Shown piece by piece: positions 37,565 to 47,774 of a stretch of 64,000 bases of DNA. The notes below the pieces were generated by a model that worked only from the letters and a program-made list of their open reading frames with translations, was not told the origin of the DNA and did no database searches. Position numbers and translations under genes: made by a program. Origin of the DNA: Gemmatimonadaceae bacterium (GTDB lineage Bacteria > Gemmatimonadota > Gemmatimonadetes > Gemmatimonadales > Gemmatimonadaceae). The DNA is taken from the NCBI GenBank assembly GCA_045803545.1, contig JBJMOW010000005.1:1248001-1312000 (forward strand), read 5' to 3'. The number at the start of each line of letters is the position of its first letter. The first letter of the stretch is position 1.

Positions 37565-38587
37565 TCAATGTGACGAGACGGGCTCAACCACGACGATAGA
37601 GAAACTGCCCGGTAGCATGGGCGCTCTCCGCCGAGGATTGGTCGCGGTGGACTCAGCTGGGACGGGGCCGAACTTCGCGACCGGAATGTAAATGCGGTGC
37701 GTTGCAGGATCGATTCCCATGGTGCGGCCGCGCTCGCCAGTTTGCACGCTCTCGACGACGTGGTACTTGTTGGCCGCGTCCTGGTGAATGACGGTCAAGG
37801 TCCCGTCGGAGTTCGACGTGTAGATGTCTCGCAGCCGCGCATCCCATCCGGCGCCATCGACGCCCTGACCGATCGGTAGGGCGGTAACAACTCGGCCACT
37901 GGCGTAGTTCGAAACCGCCAGCACTCCGCTGCGACAACCCGTGAACAAGCGCTGAGTCCTAGTGTCGATCGCCATCGAGACCGGACTTTTGCAGGGCGCG
38001 GTCGACCAGCGTCTCGTCACCTTGTTGGTCTTGGTATCGATCTCAACTATCTGGGCGCTGTCGACGAGGTTGACATAAAGCTTTCCGTCGCGCGCCGACG
38101 CGCCAGCCTCGGGTTTGCCGCCGAGTGGGATCGAGGTGATGACGGTACCCCGGCGAGGATCGACGACGGTCGCAGAGTTCGCGTCGCCGTTGAAGGAATA
38201 GATGCGTTTCGACGCGGGGTCATAGAGGATATCGTCAGCGTCGTCGGCCGCGCGGATCTTGAGTAGCGGCTTGTAACTCGACATGTCGAACATGATGATC
38301 GAGCTGTCTTCCCCCGACGTTGCGAAGCCGCGTCCAATCTCCGGCACGAGCGCGGTGCCGTGTGCGCCGTTGAAGCCCTTGATCTCGGTGATTACGTGGC
38401 CGTCGTTCATGTCGACGACCGTGAACCGGTCACCACGCGCGACAAAAAGGCGGTGCCGCGGTGCGTCCGGAAGCACGTAGTCCCAGCCTCCTTCGCCGCC
38501 GACGGCGTAGGTGTGGGTCACAGCATAGGTCTGCGCGGAGAGCGACGGGGCTGCGACTAAGGTGAGCAGCAGTAGGGATTTACGCAT
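37565..38587 (-). CDS. Secreted YncE/YVTN-type beta-propeller protein
   Basis: Signal peptide; GGEGGWDY, GAHG, DADDILYDP, LGGKPE, IGQGVDG. Confidence 0.85.
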   Translation of the reverse strand: MRKSLLLLTLVAAPSLSAQTYAVTHTYAVGGEGGWDYVLPDAPRHRLFVARGDRFTVVDMNDGHVITEIKGFNGAHGTALVPEIGRGFATSGEDSSIIMFDMSSYKPLLKIRAADDADDILYDPASKRIYSFNGDANSATVVDPRRGTVITSIPLGGKPEAGASARDGKLYVNLVDSAQIVEIDTKTNKVTRRWSTAPCKSPVSMAIDTRTQRLFTGCRSGVLAVSNYASGRVVTALPIGQGVDGAGWDARLRDIYTSNSDGTLTVIHQDAANKYHVVESVQTGERGRTMGIDPATHRIYIPVAKFGPVPAESTATNPRRRAPMLPGSFSIVVVEPVSSH

Positions 38588-38686
38588 TCTTCCTCTCTCG
38601 GTAGTAAGCTCGGCCAGGGGTCTTTGGTGGACGGATCGCACGCTTGTTGCTTCGTACACGGCAAATTGACTCCAACGAATCTACCA

Positions 38687-39970
38687 ATGCGCTTAAGAAA
38701 TTCATTCGGCGTAGCTGTCATCTTCTTAACATCAGTCTGCGTCAGTTCAGCTTGCTCGAAAGCTCAACAGCCGTCCAATGGTGGCGCGCGCGCTGCCGCC
38801 GGTCAGTCCACGCAAGCGCCGTTGTCGCCGCAGGAGCGGCAGCTCTACACGGACGCGGCGCAGTCGTCCTGGAATTTCGTCAACAGTATCACCGAGCCGT
38901 CCACGGGCCTGGCGCGGGCACACGCGCGATATTCGTTCGTGACGCTGTGGGACATCGCCGGCGTCATCGCCGCGAATTACGTGGCGCGCGAACTGGGATT
39001 CATCAACGACGTCACCTACGACGCGCACATCACGCGCATCCTGGCGACGCTCGCTACGGTCGACTTGTTCGAGAACACTGCGTTCAATCGCATTTACGAC
39101 GCGAAAACCGGACGCATGGTCGACAACGCTACGCCGGCCAAGATCTCCCAAATCGGCGCCGGGTATTCGTCGGTCGACATCGGGCGACTGTTGATCTGGC
39201 TGCGCATCATATCAATCAGTCAGCCAAAGTACGCGCCGCAGGCGACACAGATCGTACGTCGTCTGAATTTCCGAAAAATCCTCGACGATGGCCGGTTGCA
39301 CGCGGTTGACGTTTCACCGAACGGTCGGTCGCACGACGACTTTCTGGAGCAGGAGATCGGCTATCAGCAGTATGCGCTGTCAGGATTCGCGATGTGGGGT
39401 GCCCGCGTCGATCGTGACGCGCTCGATGTTCAGAACGATGTCGCGAAGATCAAGATCTACGGCGTGCAGCTGCTGACCAACAACAGCGGGAACGACCGCG
39501 TGATGAGTGAGCCGTTCATCATGATCGGCATGGAGACCGGGTTCCGATCGCCGCAGCTCGCGCGACAGGCGAGTCAGGTACTGGCGGCGCAGCAGGCGCG
39601 CTATCAAAAGACCGGAGTCGTCACCGCCGTCACGGAAGACGCGATGCCGGATGCGCCGTACTACTTCTATTACTACAGTCTCTGGCACAACGATCGGCCA
39701 TTCGTTGTCGAAGGCCCCGGCAAGAACAAGGAAGTCGATCGCCCACGCTGGGTGAGCAGCAAGGCAGCGTTTGGCTGGAACGCGGTTTTCCCCAGCGCCT
39801 ACACTCAGCTGCTACTTCGTACGGTCGCGCCGGCTCGAACACCGAACGGGTGGAGTGGCGGCGTCTACGAAGGAACGCAGCGATCGACCGGCATTCCCAG
39901 CCTGAATACTGCGGCGATCATCATGGAGTCGGCGCTGTTTCGAATCAGAGGGCGTCCGCTTGCACAATAG
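38687..39970 (+). CDS. DUF3131-like lipoprotein
   Basis: Lipobox SSAC; TLWDIA, FNRIY, SSVDIGRLLIWL, GYQQY, SEPF, TAVTED, SSKAAFGW, LNTAAIIMES. Confidence 0.75.
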   Translation: MRLRNSFGVAVIFLTSVCVSSACSKAQQPSNGGARAAAGQSTQAPLSPQERQLYTDAAQSSWNFVNSITEPSTGLARAHARYSFVTLWDIAGVIAANYVARELGFINDVTYDAHITRILATLATVDLFENTAFNRIYDAKTGRMVDNATPAKISQIGAGYSSVDIGRLLIWLRIISISQPKYAPQATQIVRRLNFRKILDDGRLHAVDVSPNGRSHDDFLEQEIGYQQYALSGFAMWGARVDRDALDVQNDVAKIKIYGVQLLTNNSGNDRVMSEPFIMIGMETGFRSPQLARQASQVLAAQQARYQKTGVVTAVTEDAMPDAPYYFYYYSLWHNDRPFVVEGPGKNKEVDRPRWVSSKAAFGWNAVFPSAYTQLLLRTVAPARTPNGWSGGVYEGTQRSTGIPSLNTAAIIMESALFRIRGRPLAQ

Positions 39971-40016
39971 AGCTGCGGGGTGAGAGCTAACTGATTGTTG
40001 CGAGCTGCGAGCTGGA

Positions 40017-40105
40017 TGCGAGATGCGAGCCCGCTGCGAGATGAGAGCCCACTGCGAGACGAGGGGCCGCTGCGAGATGAGAGCCCACTGCGAGACGAGA
40101 GCTGA
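40017..40105 (+). repeat. Tandem repeat, about 5 x 18 bp
   Basis: TGCGAGATGCGAGCCCGC, TGCGAGATGAGAGCCCAC, TGCGAGACGAGGGGCCGC, TGCGAGATGAGAGCCCAC, TGCGAGACGAGAGCTGA. Confidence 0.9.
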
Positions 40106-40113
40106 AGCGAAAA

Positions 40114-40146
40114 GAAAAACGCCGGGGATTTCTCCCCGGCGTTTTC
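40114..40146. terminator. Bidirectional terminator
   Basis: GAAAAACGCCGGGGA-TTTC-TCCCCGGCGTTTTC between convergent genes. Confidence 0.85.
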
Positions 40147-40165
40147 GATACCTATCCCAACACGC

Positions 40166-41014
40166 TTACTGACAGCTGTCGACGCCGTGGGTGTCGAGGT
40201 GCAGCAGGCAGTGCAGCGAGCCAATCTGCAGCGCCGGCGTGTTCGTTCCATCGAACGTCACCGTCACCGAAGTGTTGACTTCCTTGCTGGCGTTGCCGCC
40301 GGCGCCCTGCAGCCCTGCGGTGTACTGAACGTCGAGCTTAATCGACCCGCTCAGCGGAATCTGGCTCGTCGCATCCTTGCCAGGCATCGTGACGTTGGTG
40401 ACTGTCACAGTCGACGTACCGGTCAGGCTTCTGACACCGTCGAGGCCGATGTGCGAAATCTGGTCGTCACCGGTACCGGTGCCATTCCAGATGCGCTGCG
40501 GCGCGTGGCTGATCAGACCGCTGACGGTGAGGTCGCCCGTCCTGTGAATGCTGGCGTTCCAGACGAGATCCTTCGACCAGGTTCCGTCAACTGTCGCCTG
40601 GAAGTTCACGGACTCGACGACCGTCGCGTCCCAGTTCTGCACCGTCTGACCCTGCCCATTGTAGAAAGCGAAGGATCTGGTGACTGACAGCCCGTTCTCG
40701 GTGGTCGCGGAGCAGCTGTAGCGCCCCGAGGTGTAGCTGCAGGTGGGCGAGATGCCGCTAAAAGTCGGCTGAGTGCCGGACCCGACCGTCACATTGTAGC
40801 TGGGCGCGACTCTCGAGAACGAGCCGGCTGCGGCGACATTGTCATTGAAGCCAGCGACCTGTGATGCGATCGCGTCGCCGGAGCTCGCCGCAACGTCGGC
40901 AGTGATCTGCGCATCGTCAAGCGTCGGCGGAGAGAGGAGATCGGCGCTACAGGCAACTGTTCCGAGAGTGATGAACACTGCCGCGGCAGCGCGCATTTGA
41001 TTTCTGAAATTCAT
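40166..41014 (-). CDS. Hypothetical beta-rich lipoprotein
   Basis: Lipobox TVAC; Thr/Ser-rich beta pattern with paired cysteines; AGGAG upstream. Confidence 0.75.
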   Translation of the reverse strand: MNFRNQMRAAAAVFITLGTVACSADLLSPPTLDDAQITADVAASSGDAIASQVAGFNDNVAAAGSFSRVAPSYNVTVGSGTQPTFSGISPTCSYTSGRYSCSATTENGLSVTRSFAFYNGQGQTVQNWDATVVESVNFQATVDGTWSKDLVWNASIHRTGDLTVSGLISHAPQRIWNGTGTGDDQISHIGLDGVRSLTGTSTVTVTNVTMPGKDATSQIPLSGSIKLDVQYTAGLQGAGGNASKEVNTSVTVTFDGTNTPALQIGSLHCLLHLDTHGVDSCQ

Positions 41015-41208
41015 AAACGCATTGCTCCTGATGTTGAATGCGCCGCTGGCGCGGCGCGGCTTGTACCTATCAACACGAAGCATCGGGCGAAACGAAACGC
41101 GTTTCGACATGGGTCGGAGCCGACCCAAAATTCAGCCGATCAACGGTGGACGTTTGGCTAGCGAACTGTGAATTGTCGATTTGTGATTACGGCTGATACG
41201 GGCCGGGA

Positions 41209-41436
41209 TCAGCTCTCGAGGAAGGTCTCGGCCTCGTCGTTGTCCAGGGCAATGGAGTCGAGGTGCGGAAGTATGTCGTACTTCCAGTGAATGCCGACCA
41301 TCTTGTCGAGCAGTCGCTCGAACTCGGCAGGGGAGAGCGAAGTGCAGAAGCGAGCGATACGGCGCGCGATGTGTAGTCGCGCCGCCGCCAGTGTCTCTGC
41401 TTTATGACTGCTAATTCGGTCTGGTTGATTCGCCAA
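41209..41436 (-). CDS. Small hypothetical protein
   Basis: Plausible helical composition (IARRIARFC..LSPAEFERLLDKM); start uncertain. Confidence 0.55.
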   Translation of the reverse strand: MANQPDRISSHKAETLAAARLHIARRIARFCTSLSPAEFERLLDKMVGIHWKYDILPHLDSIALDNDEAETFLES

Positions 41437-41540
41437 CGAAGTGCCGCGAGAAACAATCCCGCCATCCGCCGCAAGAATCGTCCCGCAAACTTTCGGAAAA
41501 TCCGTTTTATGGACTTCGCTAACCGGTCACGCTTGAGGTG

Positions 41541-41726
41541 CTACTCGTTGGGATCGCGCTCGAATAGCGCCTGCTTCTTGGTCCAGCGATGCATTTGGTG
41601 ACACGCCGGGCACTCGACCGGATCCATCTCTTCGATCGGCGAAAGCTCGAACGTCTGGGGATCCATCGAGTAGCCTGTATAAATCATTTTGCCGGTGTTC
41701 GGGCACTTGATCAGAATCCGGTTCAC
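41541..41726 (-). CDS. Small zinc-ribbon-like protein
   Basis: IKCPNTG...VECPACHQMHRW; GAGGCGAGAGA RBS-like tract before GTG. Confidence 0.75.
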   Translation of the reverse strand: MNRILIKCPNTGKMIYTGYSMDPQTFELSPIEEMDPVECPACHQMHRWTKKQALFERDPNE

Positions 41727-41854
41727 TCTCTCGCCTCAGCAGACGCACTGGGTTGACTTCTGCAAAGAGGATTCCGTCACCTAGGGTCTAGGCCTTATGT
41801 CCTCGCTACGGTTTTCTAATGCCCGCCTCTAGCGGAAGGCCGTGCGCGGAGACG

Positions 41855-42565
41855 CTACCAGGCGCACTTGACCTGGGCTTTGACCGCCATCGTCTGGGGC
41901 GCCAAACCCATCTCGTTCGACACCACGAAATGATATATGCCCGCGGTCGGCAGGTCGTAGTCGAGAGTATTTTCCGATCCTCGGAACGTCTCCCAGGACG
42001 ACTGTGCGATCGCGGCCGGGTTGGCGTGCCAGAAGACGTATTCGTCGTCAGTCAGCAGGAATATCTCGACGTTGCCACCGAAACCGTTGACGCCCCTGGT
42101 CGAGCCAACGAGCCGGCACTTTTGATCTGTCTGCGGTAGCTCAAAGGAATACTGCAAGGCGTCGTGCGCCGGCACCGTCGTCGCTTTTACGTCCGCGACC
42201 TTGATGGAGATCAGGGAAGCCTTCGTCGTGGCAGCTGGCGCCGCCGCCATCGCGGGCGAAAGAGTCATCGTCGGAGCGTCCGCTACTGGGACGGACTCTT
42301 CGACGTCAGGGACGAATCGCGCTGTACGTGGCGGTTCGGCGCTCGCCAGCCCCGGAGTTCCCTGGATCAGAAACCAGGTGACTGCGTAGACGATAATCAG
42401 TCCCGCTGCGACACCAACGCGAGCTTTGTTGTCGGCAGGATCGCTCGTTGGAGCGCCGTCGTGCGAGACGTCCCAGCCGCACTGTTTGCACTCCTTGTCC
42501 TCCGGCTGCATTGGCTCGCCGCAGAAATTGCAAAACTTCTTTTTTATCTTGATCGGCATCTTCAT
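41855..42565 (-). CDS. Membrane-anchored hypothetical protein with N-terminal zinc ribbon
   Basis: CNFCG...CKQCG, one TM helix, C-terminal beta-sandwich-like domain. Confidence 0.7.
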   Translation of the reverse strand: MKMPIKIKKKFCNFCGEPMQPEDKECKQCGWDVSHDGAPTSDPADNKARVGVAAGLIIVYAVTWFLIQGTPGLASAEPPRTARFVPDVEESVPVADAPTMTLSPAMAAAPAATTKASLISIKVADVKATTVPAHDALQYSFELPQTDQKCRLVGSTRGVNGFGGNVEIFLLTDDEYVFWHANPAAIAQSSWETFRGSENTLDYDLPTAGIYHFVVSNEMGLAPQTMAVKAQVKCAW

Positions 42566-42674
42566 CGTTTTCTCTGGACTGTCCCTACCGATGAAGACGA
42601 GCGATTGGGAATCCGGGAACATGGGGATTCCCTGCCTCTAGCACCAAACACACGTGTCGCCGTAGAATGGCGCC

Positions 42675-44912
42675 ATGATTCGGCCTGTGACTGCCGGCTT
42701 ATTCCTTTGCGCGACGATTGCGTCGGCGCAGCAGCGCACATTGCCGATGATCGAGCTGAAACCCGGCCTCGTCATTACCCAATCGGCACGCGTGTCGCCG
42801 AACCTTTATAACCTGCCCTCGACCGCCCTCGCCGACTCCCCGATCGTAGTAATTCGCGGCGACAACATCACCGTCGACTTCGCGGGCGCGACCCTGCAGG
42901 GAACATCGCCCGACTCGAATCCTGATCTCGCCCGCGGTATCGCCATCCTCGTCGACCGTGGCAGCAACGTTCGCATTCTCAACGCGCGCGTCCGTGGTTA
43001 CAGGATTGGGATCCTCGCGCGCGGTACCGTTGGTCTCACACTCGTCGACAACGATCTGAGCTGCAACTGGAAGCCAAGGCTGTTCAGCGTGATCGAGCAC
43101 GAGAGTTTGATCGACTGGCTCTCCTATCATCACAACGAGAACGGCGAATGGCTCCGCTACGGCGCAGGTATTTATCTCGACAGTGTCCAGGCCGGAGAGA
43201 TTCGCGGCAACACCGTTCGTCAGGGGATGAATGGCCTGATGCTGACACGGAGCAATGGCCTGACGATCAAAGGAAACGATTTCTCATTCAACTCCGGAGT
43301 GGGCATTGGCATGTACCGATCTGCCGGCAACACCGTCGTGCACAATCGGGTCGACTACAATGTCCGCGGGTACAGCGACGGTTTCTACCGTCGCGGGCAG
43401 GACGCGGCCGACCTGCTGATGTACGAGCAAAGCGCCAGCAATTTTATCGCCTACAACTCGCTCACCCACGGCGGCGACGGCGTCTTTCTTTGGGCCGGAC
43501 AGACTACAATGGACAGGGGCGTCGGTGGCGCCAACGACAATGTCTTCTACGGCAATGATTTCAGTTTCGCGGCTGCGAACGGTATCGAAGCAACCTTTAG
43601 CCGGAACGCCTTCATCGCGAATCGAGTCGAGGGCGGCGAGTACGGCGTGTGGGCGGGCTACAGCTTCGACTCGAAGTTTGTCGGCAACGACTTTCGTCGG
43701 AACCGAACCGGCATTGCCATCGAGCACGGCCAGAACAATCTGATGGCGTCGAACAGCTTTTTCGACGACTCGACCGCGATCAATGTCTGGGCCGATTCGA
43801 TCGCGCCGAGTGACTGGGGATATCCGAAGCACCGCGATACGCGGAGCAGGGATTACCAGATCAACGACAATCTCTTCGCCGGCAATCGCGTGGGCATTCG
43901 CGCAGCATCGACGATGGGTTTGACGGTCGAGAACAATCGGTTCGTGGGCGTCGACTCGACCGCAGCGATTCACGACTCGACCGGCTACACGTTTATTCGC
44001 AATGCTGTGCGCGTAGGATCTGGCAGCACAGCGCCGCGTACGCCGACGCTCCCGGCCGAGTATTCGCGCATGGCGCCGAAGCCGATTCCTGGCGCGTGGA
44101 TGCCGCCGCGTTCGGATACAGCGTTGTCGCGTCGACCGCGTTCCGCGATCGTCGTCGATGAGTGGGGCCCCTTTGACTATCGGTCGCCGAAGTTGTGGCC
44201 TGTCGACAGTGCTCGCGAATCGCCGCTTCGCCTGCGCGTCATCGGCCCCACGGGCAAGTGGCGCGTGAGCACGCAGACTGGTGTGGCGTCGGTGTCGCGT
44301 ATGGAAGGAAAGGTTGGCGACACCATCGCTGTCACGCCGAAGCCCGACTCGATTGGCGACTGGACGATCACACTGGAGTACACCGGCGTATCCGTGACAT
44401 CACCCCGCGGCGAGAAATTCGGGCGCGGAGACCCGTATCGTTTTTCCTACGAGCGTTTCGAGCCGCACATCGACTGGTCGATTCAATTCTATAAGTGGAC
44501 TGACAGTATCGCCGATCTGAGGAAGGGCTCAGACGGATTCGCCGAACTGGTGAAGACCGCGCCGCTCATCAGCGGACGCGCGCCGCGACTCGACTATCAG
44601 GGGTACCGAGCGCTACCCGGACTGCCCCGTGAGAATTTCGCGCTCGACGCTACTGGCTCGGTCAACCTGCCGCCGGGCGAATACACTCTGCGCACGATCA
44701 GCGACGACGGGATCAGCGTATGGGTGGATGGGAAGCTGATGATCCACAACTGGCAGCAGCACGAATCAGCAGTCGACTACGCTCCGATCACCGGCGGCCA
44801 CCACGACCTGCGCGTCGAGTATTACCAGGCGGATGGCTGGTACGAGCTGCGGGTGGATGTTCTTAAGGGGCGCGACCGGTCGGAGGGCAGCCCCGGCGCG
44901 CACGGGGCCTAG
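42675..44912 (+). CDS. Secreted right-handed beta-helix protein with C-terminal PA14-like domain
   Basis: Asn/Gly-rich parallel beta-helix repeats; TISDDGISVWVDGK and LRVEYYQ PA14 motifs. Confidence 0.82.
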   Translation: MIRPVTAGLFLCATIASAQQRTLPMIELKPGLVITQSARVSPNLYNLPSTALADSPIVVIRGDNITVDFAGATLQGTSPDSNPDLARGIAILVDRGSNVRILNARVRGYRIGILARGTVGLTLVDNDLSCNWKPRLFSVIEHESLIDWLSYHHNENGEWLRYGAGIYLDSVQAGEIRGNTVRQGMNGLMLTRSNGLTIKGNDFSFNSGVGIGMYRSAGNTVVHNRVDYNVRGYSDGFYRRGQDAADLLMYEQSASNFIAYNSLTHGGDGVFLWAGQTTMDRGVGGANDNVFYGNDFSFAAANGIEATFSRNAFIANRVEGGEYGVWAGYSFDSKFVGNDFRRNRTGIAIEHGQNNLMASNSFFDDSTAINVWADSIAPSDWGYPKHRDTRSRDYQINDNLFAGNRVGIRAASTMGLTVENNRFVGVDSTAAIHDSTGYTFIRNAVRVGSGSTAPRTPTLPAEYSRMAPKPIPGAWMPPRSDTALSRRPRSAIVVDEWGPFDYRSPKLWPVDSARESPLRLRVIGPTGKWRVSTQTGVASVSRMEGKVGDTIAVTPKPDSIGDWTITLEYTGVSVTSPRGEKFGRGDPYRFSYERFEPHIDWSIQFYKWTDSIADLRKGSDGFAELVKTAPLISGRAPRLDYQGYRALPGLPRENFALDATGSVNLPPGEYTLRTISDDGISVWVDGKLMIHNWQQHESAVDYAPITGGHHDLRVEYYQADGWYELRVDVLKGRDRSEGSPGAHGA

Positions 44913-44937
44913 TCGGGGTCGACGACTGCGGGCAAAA

Positions 44938-45071
44938 AAAGGTAGACAGGATGCAGAGAAGCTCAGGCTGAAGTTCGCAGCTGCGTTCGTGGCCGTGGGC
45001 TGCGATGGGCTTAAATCCCGCGGCCATCGCTGCAGTCTGTCGTTCTGAGCTTCTGCTTTCTGCCTACCTTT
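44938..45071. repeat. Palindrome family D copy 1
   Basis: AAAGGTAGACAG..GCAGAGAAGCTCAG / CTGAGCTTCTGC..CTGCCTACCTTT; ends resemble 61083-61228. Confidence 0.75.
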
Positions 45072-45097
45072 AGTTCACTTCGTGACGATCTCTGACC

Positions 45098-45586
45098 TCA
45101 GAGTTGTGCCGTCGCCTCGGTCGAAACACCGGTGTCGCGCTTAACGCGGGTCCGTTGGGACGGCTCGCTGATCTGTTCGACCACCAGGGCGACCTCCTGC
45201 TCCGAGACGGCGTTGTCGTGGGCGGCGCGGGCAATGTCGGCCTGCGAAATGATTCCCATGCAGCGACCGCCGGCGTCGACGATGCAGATGCGTCGCACCT
45301 GCAGCTCGGCCATCTTGCGCTCTACATCGCGGAGATCGTCGTCGGCCGTGCAGCAGTGGACGTTCGGCGTCATCACCTCACTGAGCCGGGTGTCCGGGCT
45401 CTTGCCAGTGGCGATGGTGCGAATCGCCAGGTCTCTGTCGGTAACTATCCCGATCACGCGACGCGAATCATCAACGATTGGGATGACGCCGCAGTCCTTG
45501 TCGCGCATCACTTGCGCGGCGGTGCGTGCGGTGTCATCTCGACGAAGGCAAGAAGGATCCCGCGTCATAATATCTCTAGCTCTCAT
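45098..45586 (-). CDS. CBS domain-containing protein
   Basis: ARDIMT, GIVTDRDL, QVRRI, GIISQADIA; strong GGAGGGAGA RBS. Confidence 0.92.
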   Translation of the reverse strand: MRARDIMTRDPSCLRRDDTARTAAQVMRDKDCGVIPIVDDSRRVIGIVTDRDLAIRTIATGKSPDTRLSEVMTPNVHCCTADDDLRDVERKMAELQVRRICIVDAGGRCMGIISQADIARAAHDNAVSEQEVALVVEQISEPSQRTRVKRDTGVSTEATAQL

Positions 45587-45627
45587 TCGATGTCTCCCTC
45601 CTCCGTTATGCCTAGCTGAGTAGGCAA

Positions 45628-46584
45628 CTAGTGAGCCGCTGACGGCGGCGCCACCCAGTCGCGCGGTCGTTCGAGCCTGGCTCTGTCCCATTTCGCCAGC
45701 CCCGCCGCGACATTGTAGGTGCTCTCGAGAAACTGCAGCAACGCGCGCTCGGCGTCCACCGCGTTGCGCACCGATTCGTAAGGAAGGATCCACTCCCGCA
45801 ACTGAGGATGATAGTATGCGCCGTCCGGTTGAACCGGCGCGCTATCACAGCCCGGCGGCTCTGGGTACGAATATGCGTAAAACGCGGATTCACTTACGGG
45901 CCCACCGACGTTCCCGGGCCACCAGCCGCCGCTGATGCACTCAGATGAATAGCTCTCGCGCGTGACGTAGTCGGCGATGTTCGGAATCCCGCCGGGATGG
46001 GGCGGCGCCGGCTTGCCGGAGAATCGCGTACATGCGATGTCGAACCCGCCCCACCAGAAATGAGACGGGCTGCATTTGCCGACGAAGCGGCTGCGAAATT
46101 CCTTCAGCACGCGGTCGGTGAAGACAAGTATCTGCCACGCTCGATGCGCCGCATCAGGATCGTAGGTGTCGTGCTGGTGATCATCCGTGAACCGCAGCGT
46201 ATCGCTCATTTCCACCGGTACCGGCCACAGCTTTGCCGAAACGCCGACCGAACGCAGCGTTGTCATGTATTCGTCGTAAAAATCCGCAACAGACCGAGAG
46301 CGCAGCGGCATCGTCCGCGTCTCGCCTTCGCTGGTGATGATCACCAGCTCGTGATTGTTGAAGTCGAAGCTGATCTCGAAGGTGCGTCCTTCATAGGGGA
46401 TCGGCGACGTCGACAGACCGCGGGAAGTGACATAGAGCACGACCTGCCACCAGTGGTTCTGCATCGGCGCGAACTTCAGGCGTGTCTTGCCGACGATCTG
46501 TGTCCAGCGGTGAAGCGTTGTCTGGGTATCCGACCACGCCTTCAGATCGAGCTCAGGCAAGATCATTGCTTTTGCCAATTGCAT
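45628..46584 (-). CDS. DUF5996-like protein
   Basis: TLHRWTQIVGK, NHWW, GKCSPSHFWWGGFDIA.TRFSG, GWWPG, AFYAYSYPEP, EWILPY. Confidence 0.82.
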   Translation of the reverse strand: MQLAKAMILPELDLKAWSDTQTTLHRWTQIVGKTRLKFAPMQNHWWQVVLYVTSRGLSTSPIPYEGRTFEISFDFNNHELVIITSEGETRTMPLRSRSVADFYDEYMTTLRSVGVSAKLWPVPVEMSDTLRFTDDHQHDTYDPDAAHRAWQILVFTDRVLKEFRSRFVGKCSPSHFWWGGFDIACTRFSGKPAPPHPGGIPNIADYVTRESYSSECISGGWWPGNVGGPVSESAFYAYSYPEPPGCDSAPVQPDGAYYHPQLREWILPYESVRNAVDAERALLQFLESTYNVAAGLAKWDRARLERPRDWVAPPSAAH

Positions 46585-46670
46585 CGCTATCGTCCCCTCG
46601 CCGCGACCGCGGCGGCCTTCGGAGCCCTTCTCACGAAAGGGCTCCTGTGCTTCTAATCAGGATGCTAACC

Positions 46671-47726
46671 ATGCCGTCAACACTCCCGCAGCGCCAGTTG
46701 GGCACCACTGACATGAACATTACCCGCGTCGGGTTCGGCGCGTGGGCGACAGGCAGCGGCGAGTGGGGACCACAGGATGACCAGGCGTCGCTCGGCGCGA
46801 TGACCAAAGCCCTTGATAGTGGAATCAACTGGATCGACACCGCGCCGATCTACGGGCACGGTCACTCCGAGGAGGTCGTGCGACGGTTCCTTCAGGGTCG
46901 TGGTGGCAAGGACCGGCCGTACATCTTCACAAAGTGCGGCCTCGTCTGGGACAAGAAGAACCGGAACGACGTGAAACGCGTGCTCACGCCCGACTCCATA
47001 CGACGGGAATGCGAGGCGTCGCTGCGCCGGCTCGGCATCGAGCGCATCGATCTCTATCAGTTTCACTGGCCGGACGACTCGACCGACACCCAGGTCGAGG
47101 CCTCGTGGCGCGTGATGGAGCTGCTGCAGCAGGAAGGAAAGGTCCGGCACTGCGGGGTCTCTAACTTCGACGTCTCGCTGCTCAGGCGAATCGACGCGCT
47201 GCACCACGTGCAGTCGCTGCAGCCGCCGTTTTCACTGATCCGGCGCGACGTGGCGGCCTCCGAGATTCCTTGGTGCCACGCGCATCGGACCGGCGTGATC
47301 GTGTACAGCCCGCAGCAGGCGGGGCTGCTCACCGACTCATTTTCCGTCGATCGCGTGAAGCAGATGGCACCGGAAGACTGGCGCAGAACGAACGCGAATT
47401 TTCAGACGCCCCACCTCGAGCGCAACCTGCAATTCCGCGACGCGCTGCGTCCCGTCGCCGAACGGCATAGCACTACGGTTGGAGCAGTGGCGGTCGCGTG
47501 GACGCTGGCGTGGCCGGGTGTAACGGGTGCCATCGTCGGCGCGCGCAACGCCGAACAGGTCGAAGGCTGGCTAAAAGCGGCAACACTGACTCTGACCGCG
47601 ACGGATCTCGACGAGATTGCTAAGGCGATCGACCAAACTGGAGCGGGTACGGGTCCAACGCATCCGCCCCTTCCCCGCGAAAAGACGGGGAGCGCCGGAC
47701 GAAGCGAGGCGTCAGCCCGGATTTAG
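46671..47726 (+). CDS. Aldo/keto reductase
   Basis: GFGAWA, INWIDTAPIYG, FTKCG, IDLYQFHWPD, GVSNF, YSP, AIVGAR. Confidence 0.93.
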   Translation: MPSTLPQRQLGTTDMNITRVGFGAWATGSGEWGPQDDQASLGAMTKALDSGINWIDTAPIYGHGHSEEVVRRFLQGRGGKDRPYIFTKCGLVWDKKNRNDVKRVLTPDSIRRECEASLRRLGIERIDLYQFHWPDDSTDTQVEASWRVMELLQQEGKVRHCGVSNFDVSLLRRIDALHHVQSLQPPFSLIRRDVAASEIPWCHAHRTGVIVYSPQQAGLLTDSFSVDRVKQMAPEDWRRTNANFQTPHLERNLQFRDALRPVAERHSTTVGAVAVAWTLAWPGVTGAIVGARNAEQVEGWLKAATLTLTATDLDEIAKAIDQTGAGTGPTHPPLPREKTGSAGRSEASARI

Positions 47727-47774
47727 GCTGGCAAGAATTTCGCAGCGATTGGGATAATCCCCCGATCGCGCACC

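Noticed and set aside
40017..40105. CRISPR array
   Set aside because: Contiguous 18-bp units with no unique spacers and no cas genes.
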